DNA of 43,881 nucleotides, from contig JBHGNT010000259.1 of NCBI GenBank assembly GCA_043228905.1, positions 1 to 43,881 of the forward strand. The letters are read 5' to 3'. Each line of letters opens with the position of its first letter. The stretch's first letter is position 1. The notes under the pieces were generated by a model. That model made no database searches. It was not told the DNA's origin and saw nothing but the letters and a program-made list of their open reading frames with translations. The position numbers and the translations under genes are program-made. The stretch comes from Azolla caroliniana. Lineage: Eukaryota; Plantae; Polypodiophyta. This document shows, piece by piece, positions 11,400-23,614 of this stretch.

Positions 11400-12985
11400 T
11401 CGGCAGGTATATGAGTTGGAAGAGAGAATCTTAAAATGATCAAGCCAGGAGCTTGGTTTTGGCTGACGGTCTTTGAGTGCGAGAAAAAAGGAAAAATCGA
11501 TTCGGAGAATCTTAAACTTGCTGATCAGAATGTGCGACGAGTTACCAGATGTCGGATCCAATGGACAATAATACAAGCTTTGTGGAGGTTGTGTGTGATA
11601 ACTATGAAGCTCTTGTGGAAGAGAAAAGGAAAGGAACTAGTGAAGAAGATGACACATCAAAGCGTCCCAATATGAGGAACGCAGGGAAAGAAGGGCAAAC
11701 CCAACCTACGCCACGAAAAGAGATTGGAGAAACAAGCATGAAGCCTAGTAAATCGAGCCAACTTGCTCGGATGGAAGTCGATGAATCTGCGAAGAAAGGA
11801 AAAGAACGAACGGCCCCGACTTACAAGCTAAGGTCGGACATAGAACAAACCACGGATGGAAGATTCGAGCGGCAACGAAGGCCACGGAGGACTGGTATAG
11901 AGCTTGCCCCAATGTAAATGTCACGATTGGGAATGTGGAGATTGATGAACACTTCTTCGTGCAAGACTCGACTTCACATCCTATCAACCTAGGAAAACCG
12001 TATATAACATCGTCCTAGATGGAGACCAATGTGTTCGATAATGGAGCAGCCTTCCCACGAGTGAAGAGCCTTGACAGTCAAAGGAACCGAGGTAGCCTTG
12101 GAGGAAAATCCTCGGATTTTTAAAGCGGACTATTGAAGCATGGGGCACAAATAGTCTGAGCAATCATAAGTCCCCACAAGGAAGCAAAGAGCGTGGATTG
12201 CAAAGAAATGCAACATGCGTCACACCTAGTGGCGCATGTAAACTAACACTACTCAACAAGAAGGACAAGCGTCTGATACAAGGCTTCGAGAAGGTGTTGA
12301 ACGAAGAAAGCGTAATCGAAGAGGAAGAATTTGTGTCTCATATTCTGGAGAAAGCCTCATTTAACGACACCATCGGCAAAATCGAGGAAGTCGTGGACTT
12401 GAGCTATCTTCACGATCAACATGTGATTTCGGTTAATTCCGTCAACATGTACGCTATCATCGAAGCATCTTGATGGAGGAAGCTAAAGTCAATACAAAAT
12501 ATAAAACGGTGGATAGGAAGATCAAGCCACTTGCAGTTCCGCTACCGAAAGATAGCTGGCAAAAGATGAAGGAAGTTGCTAAAGATCCAAGCTTAGGGAA
12601 TCCGAAGATAGTAGATCACATCTTCACTTAAGAGACAAAAGGAAAGCTAAGAGTTGGAAGGGAGGATTTCCTCCTCCCTGAAGAGTAGCGAATGTTCCGC
12701 GGAATGCTTGAAATCAGATGTGCTAATCTGAGGACGGTAGAACCGATGGTGATCTTCACGGTGCTGCATGTGCCTTGGAATTTGAAACCGATACCGGTTC
12801 TGAGAGTACACCTACCGAAGTTGATCGAGCTCTTATAGGAGAAGGTGAATATGGGAATTCTGGAACCGTCGAATGTTCCTTATTCTAATAGGTGGTTCAT
12901 GGTGCCGAAGAAAAATGGACCGTTACGATTCATCCAAGATCTTCAACCTGTCAACAAGGTGACAATTCAAAATGCTGGAATCGGT
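11400..12985 (+). pseudogene. G3 Gypsy (G1/G2 lineage): gag C-terminus, protease and RT N-terminus, decayed and truncated
   Basis: YKLRSDIE; HGWKIRAAT...IGNVEIDEHFFV; GILEPSNVPYSNRWF.VPKKNG.LRFIQDLQPVN. Confidence 0.85.
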
Positions 12986-14732
12986 CCACTGCACTTCCCC
13001 ATGAGAATGCGTATCCGGATGTGGATCTACGATCGTGGGCATTTCTGGCCCAATCGGCATCCGTGTAGCCGACTAACTGTTCGGCTACACCTGCAAGATA
13101 CAACAACGCCATGTCTTTCGTACCGCTGACATATCATAATATTCTTTGCGCGCACTGAAGGTGTTCGGTCGTGGGCTGCGACATAAATTGACTGATCATT
13201 CTGACCGGATAGCTGAGGTCGGGCTAAGTGATCGTCAATTAAATGAGGCTTCTTACAATCTGTCGAAACCATGTCTGGTCGCACGCATTTCCCGAATCTC
13301 GACGAAGCTTTACGTTTCTATCTAGAGGGGTTGAGATGGGCTTACAATCTATCATCCCGAACTTGAAGAGCATATTCAGCACGTAATCACGTTGACTAAT
13401 CAATATGCCTTCAAGGGAACGGATCACTTCGATCCCGAGGAAGTAATGAAGGTCTCCAAGATCCTTCATTTCGAATGATGCCGCAAGCTGAGACTTGATG
13501 CGGCCGATTTCATGTAGGTCGGCACTAGCGATGACTAAATCATGAACATAAAGTAAGAGGCTAACCGGTCCATGTTTACCTTGCCAAACCAATAATGAAG
13601 AGTCTAACTTGGACGCCTTCATCTACATTTCACGAAGCCGTGGGAAGTTAACGTGGCCAAACTGCTTGTGCCATAGGTCGATATCCAATTCGACCTTCTG
13701 TCCTTTCGCAAACAACACGGTTCCGGGTTGGTTGGTGTCGAGGATGAACATCCTCCCTTCACGGCGCCCTTGCGCGATTACTTTGCCTTCTTCTTCGATG
13801 TAGCACCTGAGGTGCATGAATCGAACTTGCATCCCCTAATCGACGATCTGATCGACCGACACCAGGTTCTTGGTTATTGTCGAGACGTGCAACACGTTCA
13901 TGAGTTTCCCTTTCTGCCTGACGTGGCTGAGGGGAACTTCTCCAACATGTTCGATGGTATGCGGAGTGTCATCTCCCGTTTCGATCACTCCTTGCTTTTC
14001 CGGTTTCTCCAAGTATGAGAACCATTCCTCGTGACTCATCATATGATTCGTTGCTCCGGAATCAACATACCACACCTTGCTCGATTTCAAGGTGTTCACG
14101 GCCATCGAATTGGCCTTGCGCGTCATTACGAAGGTTGGGCCCGATCCACTTCTAGCTTATTCAGAGCCCTCGACGTAGTGCGATTTATGACGCCTTCTTG
14201 TGTCTCTTCTACTCGATCTGGCTTTGTCTGAATCAGATCCTTTCTTCCAACATTCCACTGCAACCTTCTCTTGCCGGCTTCCGGCGCCGCTATGACTCCC
14301 CTTGCTTCCAAAGAATTTGAAATTGCTTTTGGCATTTCGATTATGCCACATGTTCTGCTGTTTTCAACCGCCTCTATTGCGCACCGATCTGCCTTGTCTG
14401 TCACGACCATGGCATCTTGTTATCGCTGTGGGTACTTGTCCATGCACTTGCGTGATTTTCCTCTCTGAGCAACATCGACTGAAGCTCGAAGAACGAATGC
14501 ATAATCTCCCTTGTGCAGACTGCCATCTGGAACGCTCCGAACTTTGATGTTAACCCACCATGACACACCTGCACCATTTCATTCTCCTCAACATTCACGT
14601 TGATAGAGGCGAGAGAGTCGCAGATCTCCTTGATTCGAGCTGTGTAATCGGCCACAAACAGATCTCCTGCCTAAGCTGCAGCTTCCTGGCCGTTGTGCTA
14701 GCGGCTAAAATCCTCTTGAGATTCGCCCACGC
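12986..14732 (-). pseudogene. Copia (Bryco-like) gag-protease-partial RT with a large internal deletion near 13622
   Basis: AWANLKRILAASTTARKLQLRQE, WYVDSGATNHM, LWHKQFGH, LLLYVHDL, FEMKDLGDLHYFLG. Confidence 0.88.
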
Positions 14733-14835
14733 TATCGCGGAGTTCCGTGGGTACGTGTAGGATCTTAGGCGGGACCGCGGGGATTTTTAACTAGGGAGTA
14801 GAGGGGGAATGAGAGCTTAAACTTTACGACCTTTG

Positions 14836-15442
14836 TGTTGGGATTTCGGTCCCTTTCGGATGGGATGGTCGGATATCGGAGATGAATGCCGACAAGCCCG
14901 GTTTCGGTTTCGGATCCGGATGACGAAGACCCCGGCTTCGGTGCCGGATGACGAATGTACCCGGAGAGCGATCCGGATGCAGGGACATATCCGTGAATAT
15001 GTTCGCTACGAGCCCCCTGAGGCTATAGTTGTAAATAGCCCAAAGTCATATAAGTATAAATATGACTTAGGGCAAACAGTTTTTCTGTTGCTTCTCATTT
15101 TTCTGTTTTTCCACTTTAGAGGAGTGAAGAGAGAGCAGCCGTGAGAGAGAGAGAGAGAGATAGAGCGCGAGAGAGAAAGAGGTAGACGCCTCTGTGTATT
15201 TCCGCCGCCTGTGGCGAGGACAGCGAGCTCAAGGTCGTCGCCTTGGAGCTCGTCATTGTATACTTCTCTGTATAGTGTTGTTTGGAGTCTAGTACTCCCG
15301 TGGTTTTTCCCGTTTAGGGTTTTCCACGTTAATTCCTGTGTATCGTGTCTTTCTCTGTATTTCCTATTTTCTGCTGCATTGATCCGCGATTACTCGGTTG
15401 TGGCCGAAGGAAGAAGGTGAATTGTAGCATCAATTCTCAACA
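14836..15442 (+). repeat. Young Copia 5' LTR
   Basis: TGTTG...CAACA; repeated at offset +4723. Confidence 0.97.
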
Positions 15443-15445
15443 AAC

Positions 15446-15457
15446 TGGTATCAGAGC
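15446..15457 (+). promoter_or_regulatory. PBS for tRNA-iMet
   Basis: TGGTATCAGAGC, 3 nt after the LTR. Confidence 0.95.
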
Positions 15458-15471
15458 GACTGTTGCAGAAA

Positions 15472-18400
15472 ATGGAAGGCGGCGGCAGCGGGCAGCCGAT
15501 GATGATGGTGCTGAATGCACAGAATTACGCCGACTGGAAGATCAAGATGGAGGATCTTCTGATTGTTCGGGACCTGTACGAACCGATTGACAGGTCGGAA
15601 ATACCGAAAGGGGTACTTGAGTCGGAGTGGAAGCTCCTGAACCGGAAAGCCGTAGCGACGATCCGACAATATGTCGACGTAAGCGTCCTACAACATGTGG
15701 CGAATGACACCAACGCATACGAGATGTGGAAGAAGCTGTCGGGCCTCTATGAGAGGAAGAATGCGTTGAACCGAACCTCCCTGATGAGGAAGATAGTGAA
15801 TCTCAAGTACCGGGACGGCGAGAGTATGGTGGAACACGTAAGCACGTTCATGGGATTCGTGAATCAGCTTGCGGCGATCAAGTTCCCGTTGGAGGATGCA
15901 ATGCAAGCCATCATCCTGATGTGTACATTGCCGGAAAGCTGGGAGAACTTGGTGGTGACTCTCAGCACCTCGTGCACCGAAGATAACTTGTCCTTACAAA
16001 CTGTAAAGACAAGTATTCTGAATGAAGAAGCGCGTCGGAGAGATAAGGAACCGGCCTCCGACCCGAAGATGCTGTTTACCGAATCGGATCGGGGAAGACA
16101 ATGGAACCGGAGTCCGCAAAGACGGGAGAAGTCGGGGACCCGGTCGCAGTCAAGAGGAAGGCCCACATGCTTCCACTGTGGGAAGCCGGGGCACTTCCGA
16201 AAGAATTGTCGGCATTACCGAAAAGACAACGGAGCCGACGACACCGACTCGAAGAAGTCACCGGAGAGAAACGGTGCATACCGGGGAGCCACGGACCGGA
16301 GAGGTTCGGATCGGCGAGGGCAAGACCGGAAAGGAACAACGGCACTCGCGGCAAGTGAGGAAGAAATCATGCTCATCACCGAAGAAGGTGAGCTAAACGT
16401 TGCCGGCGATGAGACGACCTGGGTGGTCGATTCCGGAGCATCGTTCCACCTGACCCCGGAGAGAAGATACTTCTCATCCTACACAGCCGGTGAGCATGGC
16501 TGTGTTCGGATGGGAAATGAAGGTACGTGCCGGATTGCCGGCATAGGAGACGTGTGGTTGACAACCCCGACCGGATGCAAAATGCTGCTGAAAGATGTCC
16601 GACACGTTCCGGAGGTCCGATTGAACCTGATTTCGGCCGGGAGGCTAGATGATGAAGGCTACACGGGTAGCATCCGGAATGGTGTCATGAAGTTCAGCAA
16701 GGGGAGCTTGATAGTGGTTCGGGCCCGGAAGGTCAACACACTGTACCTGATGAATGCCCGGTTATGTCCGGAAGAGCTGAATGTGGCAGCCGACACTGCC
16801 GGTGAGCTGTGGCACAAAAGACTGTGCCACATGAGTGAGAAGGGGATGAAGAGGCTTGCAAAAGACAACCTCATCCCAGTGAAGCACGTGCACCTGGAGA
16901 AGTGCACCGATTGCCTGGCCGGTAAGCAGAACCGAACCTCCTTCCACTCAAGGCCACCGACGAGACGTAGCGCACCATTGGAGTTGGTGCACACTGACGT
17001 GTGTCAGGTAGAGACGAAGTCACATGGCGGAGCCCAGTACTTCGTAACATTCATCGATGATCATAGCCGAAAACTGTGGACGGCACCGTTGAAGACAAAG
17101 GACCAAGTGTTGTCCGTCTTCAAAGAACTCCACGCGAGAGTGGAAAGGGAATCCGGCAAGAAGCTGAAAGCGATACGAGCGGATAACGGAGGGGAATACC
17201 GGGGGCAGTTCCAGGAGTACTGTCGCTCGAAGGGAATCCGGCTCGAGTTTATTGTGCCGAAGACGCCGGAACTGAACGGGCTGGCCGAGAGGATGAACCG
17301 GACCATAATGGAGTGGGTCCGGAGTATGCTGGCGCATGCGAAATTACCCAAGGGGTTTTGGGCTGAGGCAATGTCGACGGCGACATATGTGATAAACAGA
17401 TCACCCTCAGTTCCTTTGGACGGAGACACGCCGCAGAGAGTGTGGACCGGTAAGGAAGTGTCCTACCGGCATCTGAAGGTGTTCGGGTGTCTCGCATACG
17501 TGCATGTGGCAAAGGACCGGAGAGGAAAGCTAGATCCGAAGACCCGGCCATGCATATTCCTCGGTTACGGCGACGACGAGTTCGGCTACTGAGTATGGGA
17601 CCCGGTCGACAAGAAGATATTCAGGAGTCGAGACATCATCTTCATGGAGGACAAGACACTCGCCGACTGGGAGTCGGAGAAGAAGATGAAGAGCTCCAAG
17701 TCGATCGGTGAGGATCAACTCTACGAGGAGCAGTCCCGACCGGCAAGGGACCGGTTAACACTCGAGGATCCGGCCGAAGACGGTGAAGAAACAGAACCGG
17801 CCGAAGAAGATGAAAATGATACTGGAACCGGCCCCGATCCCGAAATGGATTCGGATGAAGAAGAAGAATCGGAAGAACCGGTTACCGAAGCTCCGGAACG
17901 GAGATACCCTCTAAGAGAGAGAAGGGCCCCCCGGAGATTTCCGGAACCAGAGCACGTGTTGCTAACCGACGAGGGGGAGCCGGAGAGCTTTGAAGAAGCA
18001 AAGCATGACACCCAGAGCCGCAGGTGGTTGAGTGCCATGCAGGACGAGATGGATTCCCTGCATGAGAACCACACATATGAACTTGTGGAGTTGCCGAAAG
18101 GAAAGCGGGCACTGCGAAACAAGTGGGTGTTCAAGCTGAAACCGGGAGATGCCGGAAACCCCCCGAGATACAAAGCCAGGATCGTGGTGAAGGGGTTTCA
18201 GCAGAAGAAGGGCGTCGACTTCGACGAGATATTTGCCCCGGTAGTGAAGATGACCTCCATCCGGACGGTGCTGAGCATAGCGGCAAGCATGGACCTCGAG
18301 GTAGAACAGATGGACGTGAAGACGGCATTCCTTCACGGTGACCTCGATGAAGAGATCTACATGCAGCAACCGGAAGGATTCGAGAAGAAAGGGAAGGAGC

Positions 18401-19548
18401 ACCTGGCATGCCGATTGAAGAAGAGCCTTTACGGACTGAAGCAGGCTCCCCGGCAATGGTACCGGAAGTTCGACTCCTTCATGACCGACGAAGGGTACCT
18501 CAAAACGCAGTCCGACCACTGCGTGTTTGTGAAGGAGTTCGAAGGAGGAGACTCTCTAATACTCCTCCTGTACGTGGACGACATGTTGATCGTCGGACGG
18601 GACCAGGTCAAGATACGGATGCTGAAGAAGGCTCTTCACCGAACCTTCTCAATGAAGGACCTGGGTCCGGCGAGGCAAATACTAGGGATGCACATCATCC
18701 GGGACCGGAAGAAGAAGCAGTTGTGGCTGTCACAGGAGAAGTACGTGACAAAGGTGCTTCAACGGTTCAACATGTCGGAAGCAAGACCGGTCGGATCGAC
18801 CCTCCCGGCAAACTGCAAGCTGACCAGCAAGCAAAGTCCCAAGACAAAGGCTGAAAAGGAGGATATGATGGAAGTGCCGTATGCCTCAGCCGTCGGGAGC
18901 TTGATGTACGCCATGGTGTGTACGAGACCGGACATAGGATATGCAGTCGGAGTGGTGAGCCGGTACATGAGCAATCCCGGCAAAGAGCACTGGAACGCGG
19001 TCAAGTGGATACTCCGATACCTGAAGGGCACGGCAAACGTGTGCCTCCGATTCGGCTCCGGTAAGCCCGAACTCGAAGGCTTTACTGATTCTGATATGTC
19101 GGCTGATGCAGATACCAGCCGGTCCACATCAGGGTATGTGATGACGTATGCAGGGGGAGCTGTTTCGTGGCAGTCGAGGCTGCAGAAGACGGTTGCGTTG
19201 TCAACCACGGAGGCGGAGTACATGGCGGCTGTTGAAGCCGGCAAGGAAATAATATGGATGAAGGACTTCATTAGAGAGCTCGGTATCCGGCAAGAGGAGT
19301 ACCGACTCTACTGCGACAGTCAGAGTGCCATCCACCTTGCGAAGAACGCAGCCTATCACTCCCGGACGAAGCACATCCAGCGAAGATATCACTGGATCCG
19401 GGAAAGGATAGAAGACAAGGAGTTCGTGCTGACGAAGATCCACACCGACGAGAACGGGTCGGATATGCTGACCAAGGTGCTCACACCCGACAAGCTGGAA
19501 GCATGCCGCAAGAGGATCGGATTGGAAAGACATCCCATGCCGAAGTGA
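15472..19548 (+). pseudogene. gag-pol: Copia gag-PR-IN-RT-RH polyprotein with a single in-frame TGA at 17590-17592
   Basis: CFHCGKPGHFRKNC, WVVDSGAS, ADNGGEY, LLLYVDDML, TKHIQRRYHWIRE. The two ORFs share one frame (GY*VWDP). Confidence 0.95.
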
Positions 19549-19558
19549 AGGGGGAGTT

Positions 19559-20165
19559 TGTTGGGATTTCGGTCCCTTTCGGATGGGATGGTCGGATATC
19601 GGAGATGAATGCCGACAAGCCCGGTTTCGGTTTCGGATCCGGATGACGAAGACCCCGGCTTCGGTGCCGGATGACGAATGTACCCGGAGAGCGATCCGGA
19701 TGCAGGGACATATCCGTGAATATGTTCGCTACGAGCCCCCTGAGGCTATAGTTGTAAATAGCCCAAAGTCATATAAGTATAAATATGACTTAGGGCAAAC
19801 AGTTTTTCTGTTGCTTCTCATTTTTCTGTTTTTCCACTTTAGAGGAGTGAAGAGAGAGCAGCCGTGAGAGAGAGAGAGAGAGATAGAGCGCGAGAGAGAA
19901 AGAGGTAGACGCCTCTGTGTATTTCCGCCGCCTGTGGCGAGGACAGCGAGCTCAAGGTCGTCGCCTTGGAGCTCGTCATTGTATACTTCTCTGTATAGTG
20001 TTGTTTGGAGTCTAGTACTCCCGTGGTTTTTCCCGTTTAGGGTTTTCCACGTTAATTCCTGTGTATCGTGTCTTTCTCTGTATTTCCTATTTTCTGCTGC
20101 ATTGATCCGCGATTACTCGGTTGTGGCCGAAGGAAGAAGGTGAATTGTAGCATCAATTCTCAACA
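19559..20165 (+). repeat. Young Copia 3' LTR
   Basis: Same length as, and apparently identical to, the 5' LTR. Confidence 0.97.
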
Positions 20166-20393
20166 CTTTGAGCTCAAGAGGAAGGGAGAAAGAATAAGAG
20201 GTTAGCATGATAGAAAAAATAGAGACAACATACATCAACAAACTATATTAAGAATCCACTATACGATTACAACCATGGCTGCATAGGCCAAATCAAAACC
20301 CTAGAAGAAACCCTAACTGGATAGGTAAAGAAGAAGAAGAATGAAACCCTATGCGAAACCCTAAACCGAAACCCTCAAAATGGTGACTCCCGA

Positions 20394-21468
20394 TGTTGTG
20401 TGGTTTTTCACACACAATATTAAAACTATGTAAAAATAATAATAATGAAATAATTATTTTAGATTAGATTAGTGGCTTGTTATAGAGAAAATAGAACTAT
20501 GATTTATCCCATATAGATAGGAAACTTAAGGCCCTTGCTATATAAGCACATTGAGATCCCTCATTTTTCATTTGTGCTAAGAGCATTTTGGCCACTTTGT
20601 CTAGATGGATGAATGTGGCCAAATTCCCAAAACCGAGTGGCAATAAAATGGAACCGCCTAGTAAGCAAACCGGAACCGGCCGGAAAGCAAACCGGAACCG
20701 GCCAGTAAGCAAATCGGAACCGGCGACCGGACGGGCTGTACGTGGACCGGACGGATTGGATGGGTGGCGATCGAGACGGATAGATGATAGGATCATGTGG
20801 CTAATTAAAGTGACGTAAAGAAAACTAAAGTAAAGGTCATGTGGACGGTCGCATGCAACTAAAAGAAAAAAGCCATGCAACTAAAAGAAAAAGTCATGCA
20901 ACTAAAATGGATGCAGCTAAAAGTAGAGGCCATGCAACTAAAAGTGGACATGCAAAGTAACATTGAAGGCTATGATCAATGGAGAACTCCATATAAAATT
21001 CCATTTTTTTTTCCTACAAAAGGATTCTCTCTCTCAATTTTTATTTTCTTTTCCTTCTTAGCTCCCTTATCTTATCGTAGCCATATCTCTCATAAACCCT
21101 AATTTTCCCTACGGAAGTCATAACACTCAAAAACCCTAATTTTCCCTACGGAAGCCATATCTCTCATATAACCTAATTCTAATTTTCCCTACGGAAGCCA
21201 TAACACTAAAAAGCCCTAATTTTCCCTACGAACGCCATATCTCTCAAAAACCCGTAATTTTTCTTTTCTATTAAACTTAGTAAACCTAAACTTCTGAATC
21301 CCAATCTTGGGACATATTGTAATTTCTTTTCCTTTGCTAATGAAAAATTATTAAATTTCTTCTTTCCATTAATTGTTAAAAATATAAACGCACGAATGTG
21401 ATGTCCTCTGATCGGAGGCCCTTGGGTCCTGCCTCAAGTTCACGTATCCTCGTTGTATTATCGTGACA
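20394..21468 (+). mobile_element. Gypsy-lineage solo LTR X with internal tandem repeats
   Basis: TGTTGTG...CGTGACA; perfect 4-bp TSD CCGA; U5 motif GGGTCCTGCCTC; CATGCAACTAAAAG repeats and ~36-bp CCCTAATTTTCCCTACGGAAG repeats. Confidence 0.8.
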
Positions 21469-21882
21469 CCGAAAGAAAACTCCAAAAAAGTGGAAGCCCC
21501 TCAAAAGTGACCCCTCACTCCGTTTTATAGTAGTAAGGGGTGAGGCACATTACATAAAGAGGAGTCAAATCCCCTTTCCTTTAATGCAGAATATATCCCA
21601 TGATCTTAGATCGGTGGGCCTTTAACTCTCTCCCCTCATGCTTTCATTGCTATTGTCCATCATATTTGTACCCCCACGTACTCCCCTTTCCTACGTGCCC
21701 AAGTGCACACAAGTCCACATCATCATACTTACACTCAACTAATTTTCGTAGAACACCTTACACTTTACATTTGCTTAATTACTCCTAGGTTACAAATTTA
21801 ATAAGTATATGTGCTACATTGCACATCTCATTTTATTCGTTTCGCTCGAGTTTTCTCACTATGGCCGAAAATCCTCACAACA

Positions 21883-22341
21883 ACCCGTCCTTTGGCGTGT
21901 TAGCATCCCGAATATAGCTCAAGAGTTGGTCGCTCACACAGGACGTGAAGTAGTAAAGAACTCTACTTGCCGCTTATTACCAAGCGGAAAAGTCTTTGTG
22001 TGTCGATTCGGGTGTTGTATCGTTAGCTCCTTCGGCATAACTCTAGTAACCATGACGAAGCAGGTACTACTGCATCTTGTATGACCAAGATGCGTAGTTG
22101 TTCCTGTCAAGCTTTTGAGTCCGTAGCGAGCTTCCCAATCCTCTATCGATATTGTTGTCTTATCCTTTCCGAAGGCAATAACTTAACTTTGTCTTTATTG
22201 CAAGCTTTTATGTCGGTTACAGAGGAGTCTCAACCCTTGCGCTCTGATACCATGTAAAAGAATAGGTGTGCGGAAGCGTATGCGTAAGAACACAGAGTAC
22301 ACGGTTCGGATGTATGACAGTTCGGTGAAACACGGAAATCA

Positions 22342-22387
<46 letters not shown>

Positions 22388-22695
22388 AGAAAATACGAAA
22401 CTATATTCAAAATAATTCTCTATAATATGTTCTTTGTACATATTTCGTGCTCAGTGAGCACCTTTTATACAAGCCCCAACTATTGGGCTGACACAAGTAC
22501 TGATAGTACTTAGCCACTCATAAATGAGCATCGTACACTAACTCCCAAAACTATTCCTTACAAGGAATAACAATCTAATGGCCTTTCGGTTTAAACACCG
22601 CCACAACCATATTTTGCATACGGTTTTACGCACCCAGTCTATGTACTGGGTTAAGCACTCGTTTACGCACCCAATGTTCAGCTTGTCTCTCAATA
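21883..22695 (-). mobile_element. 5' end of the Bryco-like Copia: LTR 22253-22695, tRNA-Met PBS 22241-22252, gag N-terminus
   Basis: KLDRNNYASWSYKM...LLSYIRDANTPKD joins the gag at 14732; LTR ends resemble the 42503-42963 LTR. Confidence 0.85.
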
Positions 22696-23520
22696 GGAGC
22701 ACTGAATGACGAGGGTGATTTGGGCTGAACTGTGTGGATGATTTCCTCGGATCCGATTTTGGGTCACGGCTTGATCTGCCATGGCGCACGCCTCGGTTGG
22801 GACAGGTGCGTGCACGGACATGTCAGGGACGTGCACATACGAAGGCGTGCACAACTCGGTCTGGAATGTGTGTGTATAGTTTGGTGGAGGCGTGCACAAC
22901 TTAGTCGGGGATGAGCGCGCACGGTTTGGTGTATGCGCGCACGGCTCAGTCACGAAGCATGGCTCAGTCGAAACGCGCACGCGTGCATGTTTGGTCGCGA
23001 CGATTGTACGGATTGTGCATGAGCCAAATTTTATGGATGATTGGATCATATGGCCAAATATACGGACATCACATGCAACTAAAAGTTGAGGTTATGCAAC
23101 CAAAAGTGGATACATGCAACTAAAGTAAAGGTCATGTGTGGACGCATGCAACTGAATATCAAGGGCCATGATCAACAAAGGACTCCATATATATTCCACT
23201 CTCTTTTTTCTCCATTTTTTTCCCTCTACTCTCGATTCTTTAGGAAAACATCTCTCATATTTATATCGAACCACTCCTTCTAGGGTGGCCTAATCCTTTC
23301 TTTCAAAATTATCTCTCATTTTCATATCCAATCCGTTGTAACACGATTGTTATATTATAAAAGAATCTATTATTTTGATATAAACAAATGTTTTCTTTTA
23401 CCTATGTGTCTTAGGTGTAAATCTTGCTTGTGTTGTATAGGTGAGCTCCAAATCCTTCTAGTCCATAACCTCGACGGTTCCGCCTCACCATCCGCACATA
23501 CTGACGGATTTTTCACAACA
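22696..23520 (+). repeat. 3' part of a Gypsy-lineage LTR (probably the G3 3' LTR)
   Basis: Shares CATGCAACTAAAAG repeats with LTR X; ends with the U5 motif GGTTCCGCCTC...CACAACA. Confidence 0.7.
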
Positions 23521-23614
23521 ACGTTGGCAGCTATCTCCTGATCAGTTGCAGCATCATCAGCACCGGACACCTCATGTGCCAGCCTTAATCCATAAGATTC
23601 TACAACAACATGGT

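Larger units (their letters stand above)
14836..20165 (+). mobile_element. Full-length young Ty1/Copia (Tnt1/Tork-like)
   Basis: 607-bp LTRs 14836-15442 and 19559-20165, apparently identical; TSD CTTTG; PBS TGGTATCAGAGC; PPT GAAGGGGGAG at 19547-19556. Confidence 0.98.
14733..21882 (-). mobile_element. Gypsy-lineage solo LTR in three pieces (14733-14835, 20166-20393, 21469-21882), inserted in Copia gag
   Basis: Both ends homologous to the 37004-38102 LTR. A 4-bp TSD (ACGC/ACCC) restores host gag TPKD-AWAN. Confidence 0.8.

Noticed and set aside
17590-17598. Programmed UGA readthrough in Copia pol
   Set aside because: It replaces a conserved Arg inside the integrase C-terminal region, lacks a CUA/CARYYA context, and fits CGA>TGA deamination.
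628-19711. Numerous short overlapping or antisense ORFs
   Set aside because: Shadow frames of GC-rich pol sequences with no independent support.
20296-20380. Interstitial telomere array
   Set aside because: The AAACCCT units are dispersed rather than tandem and lie inside an LTR.
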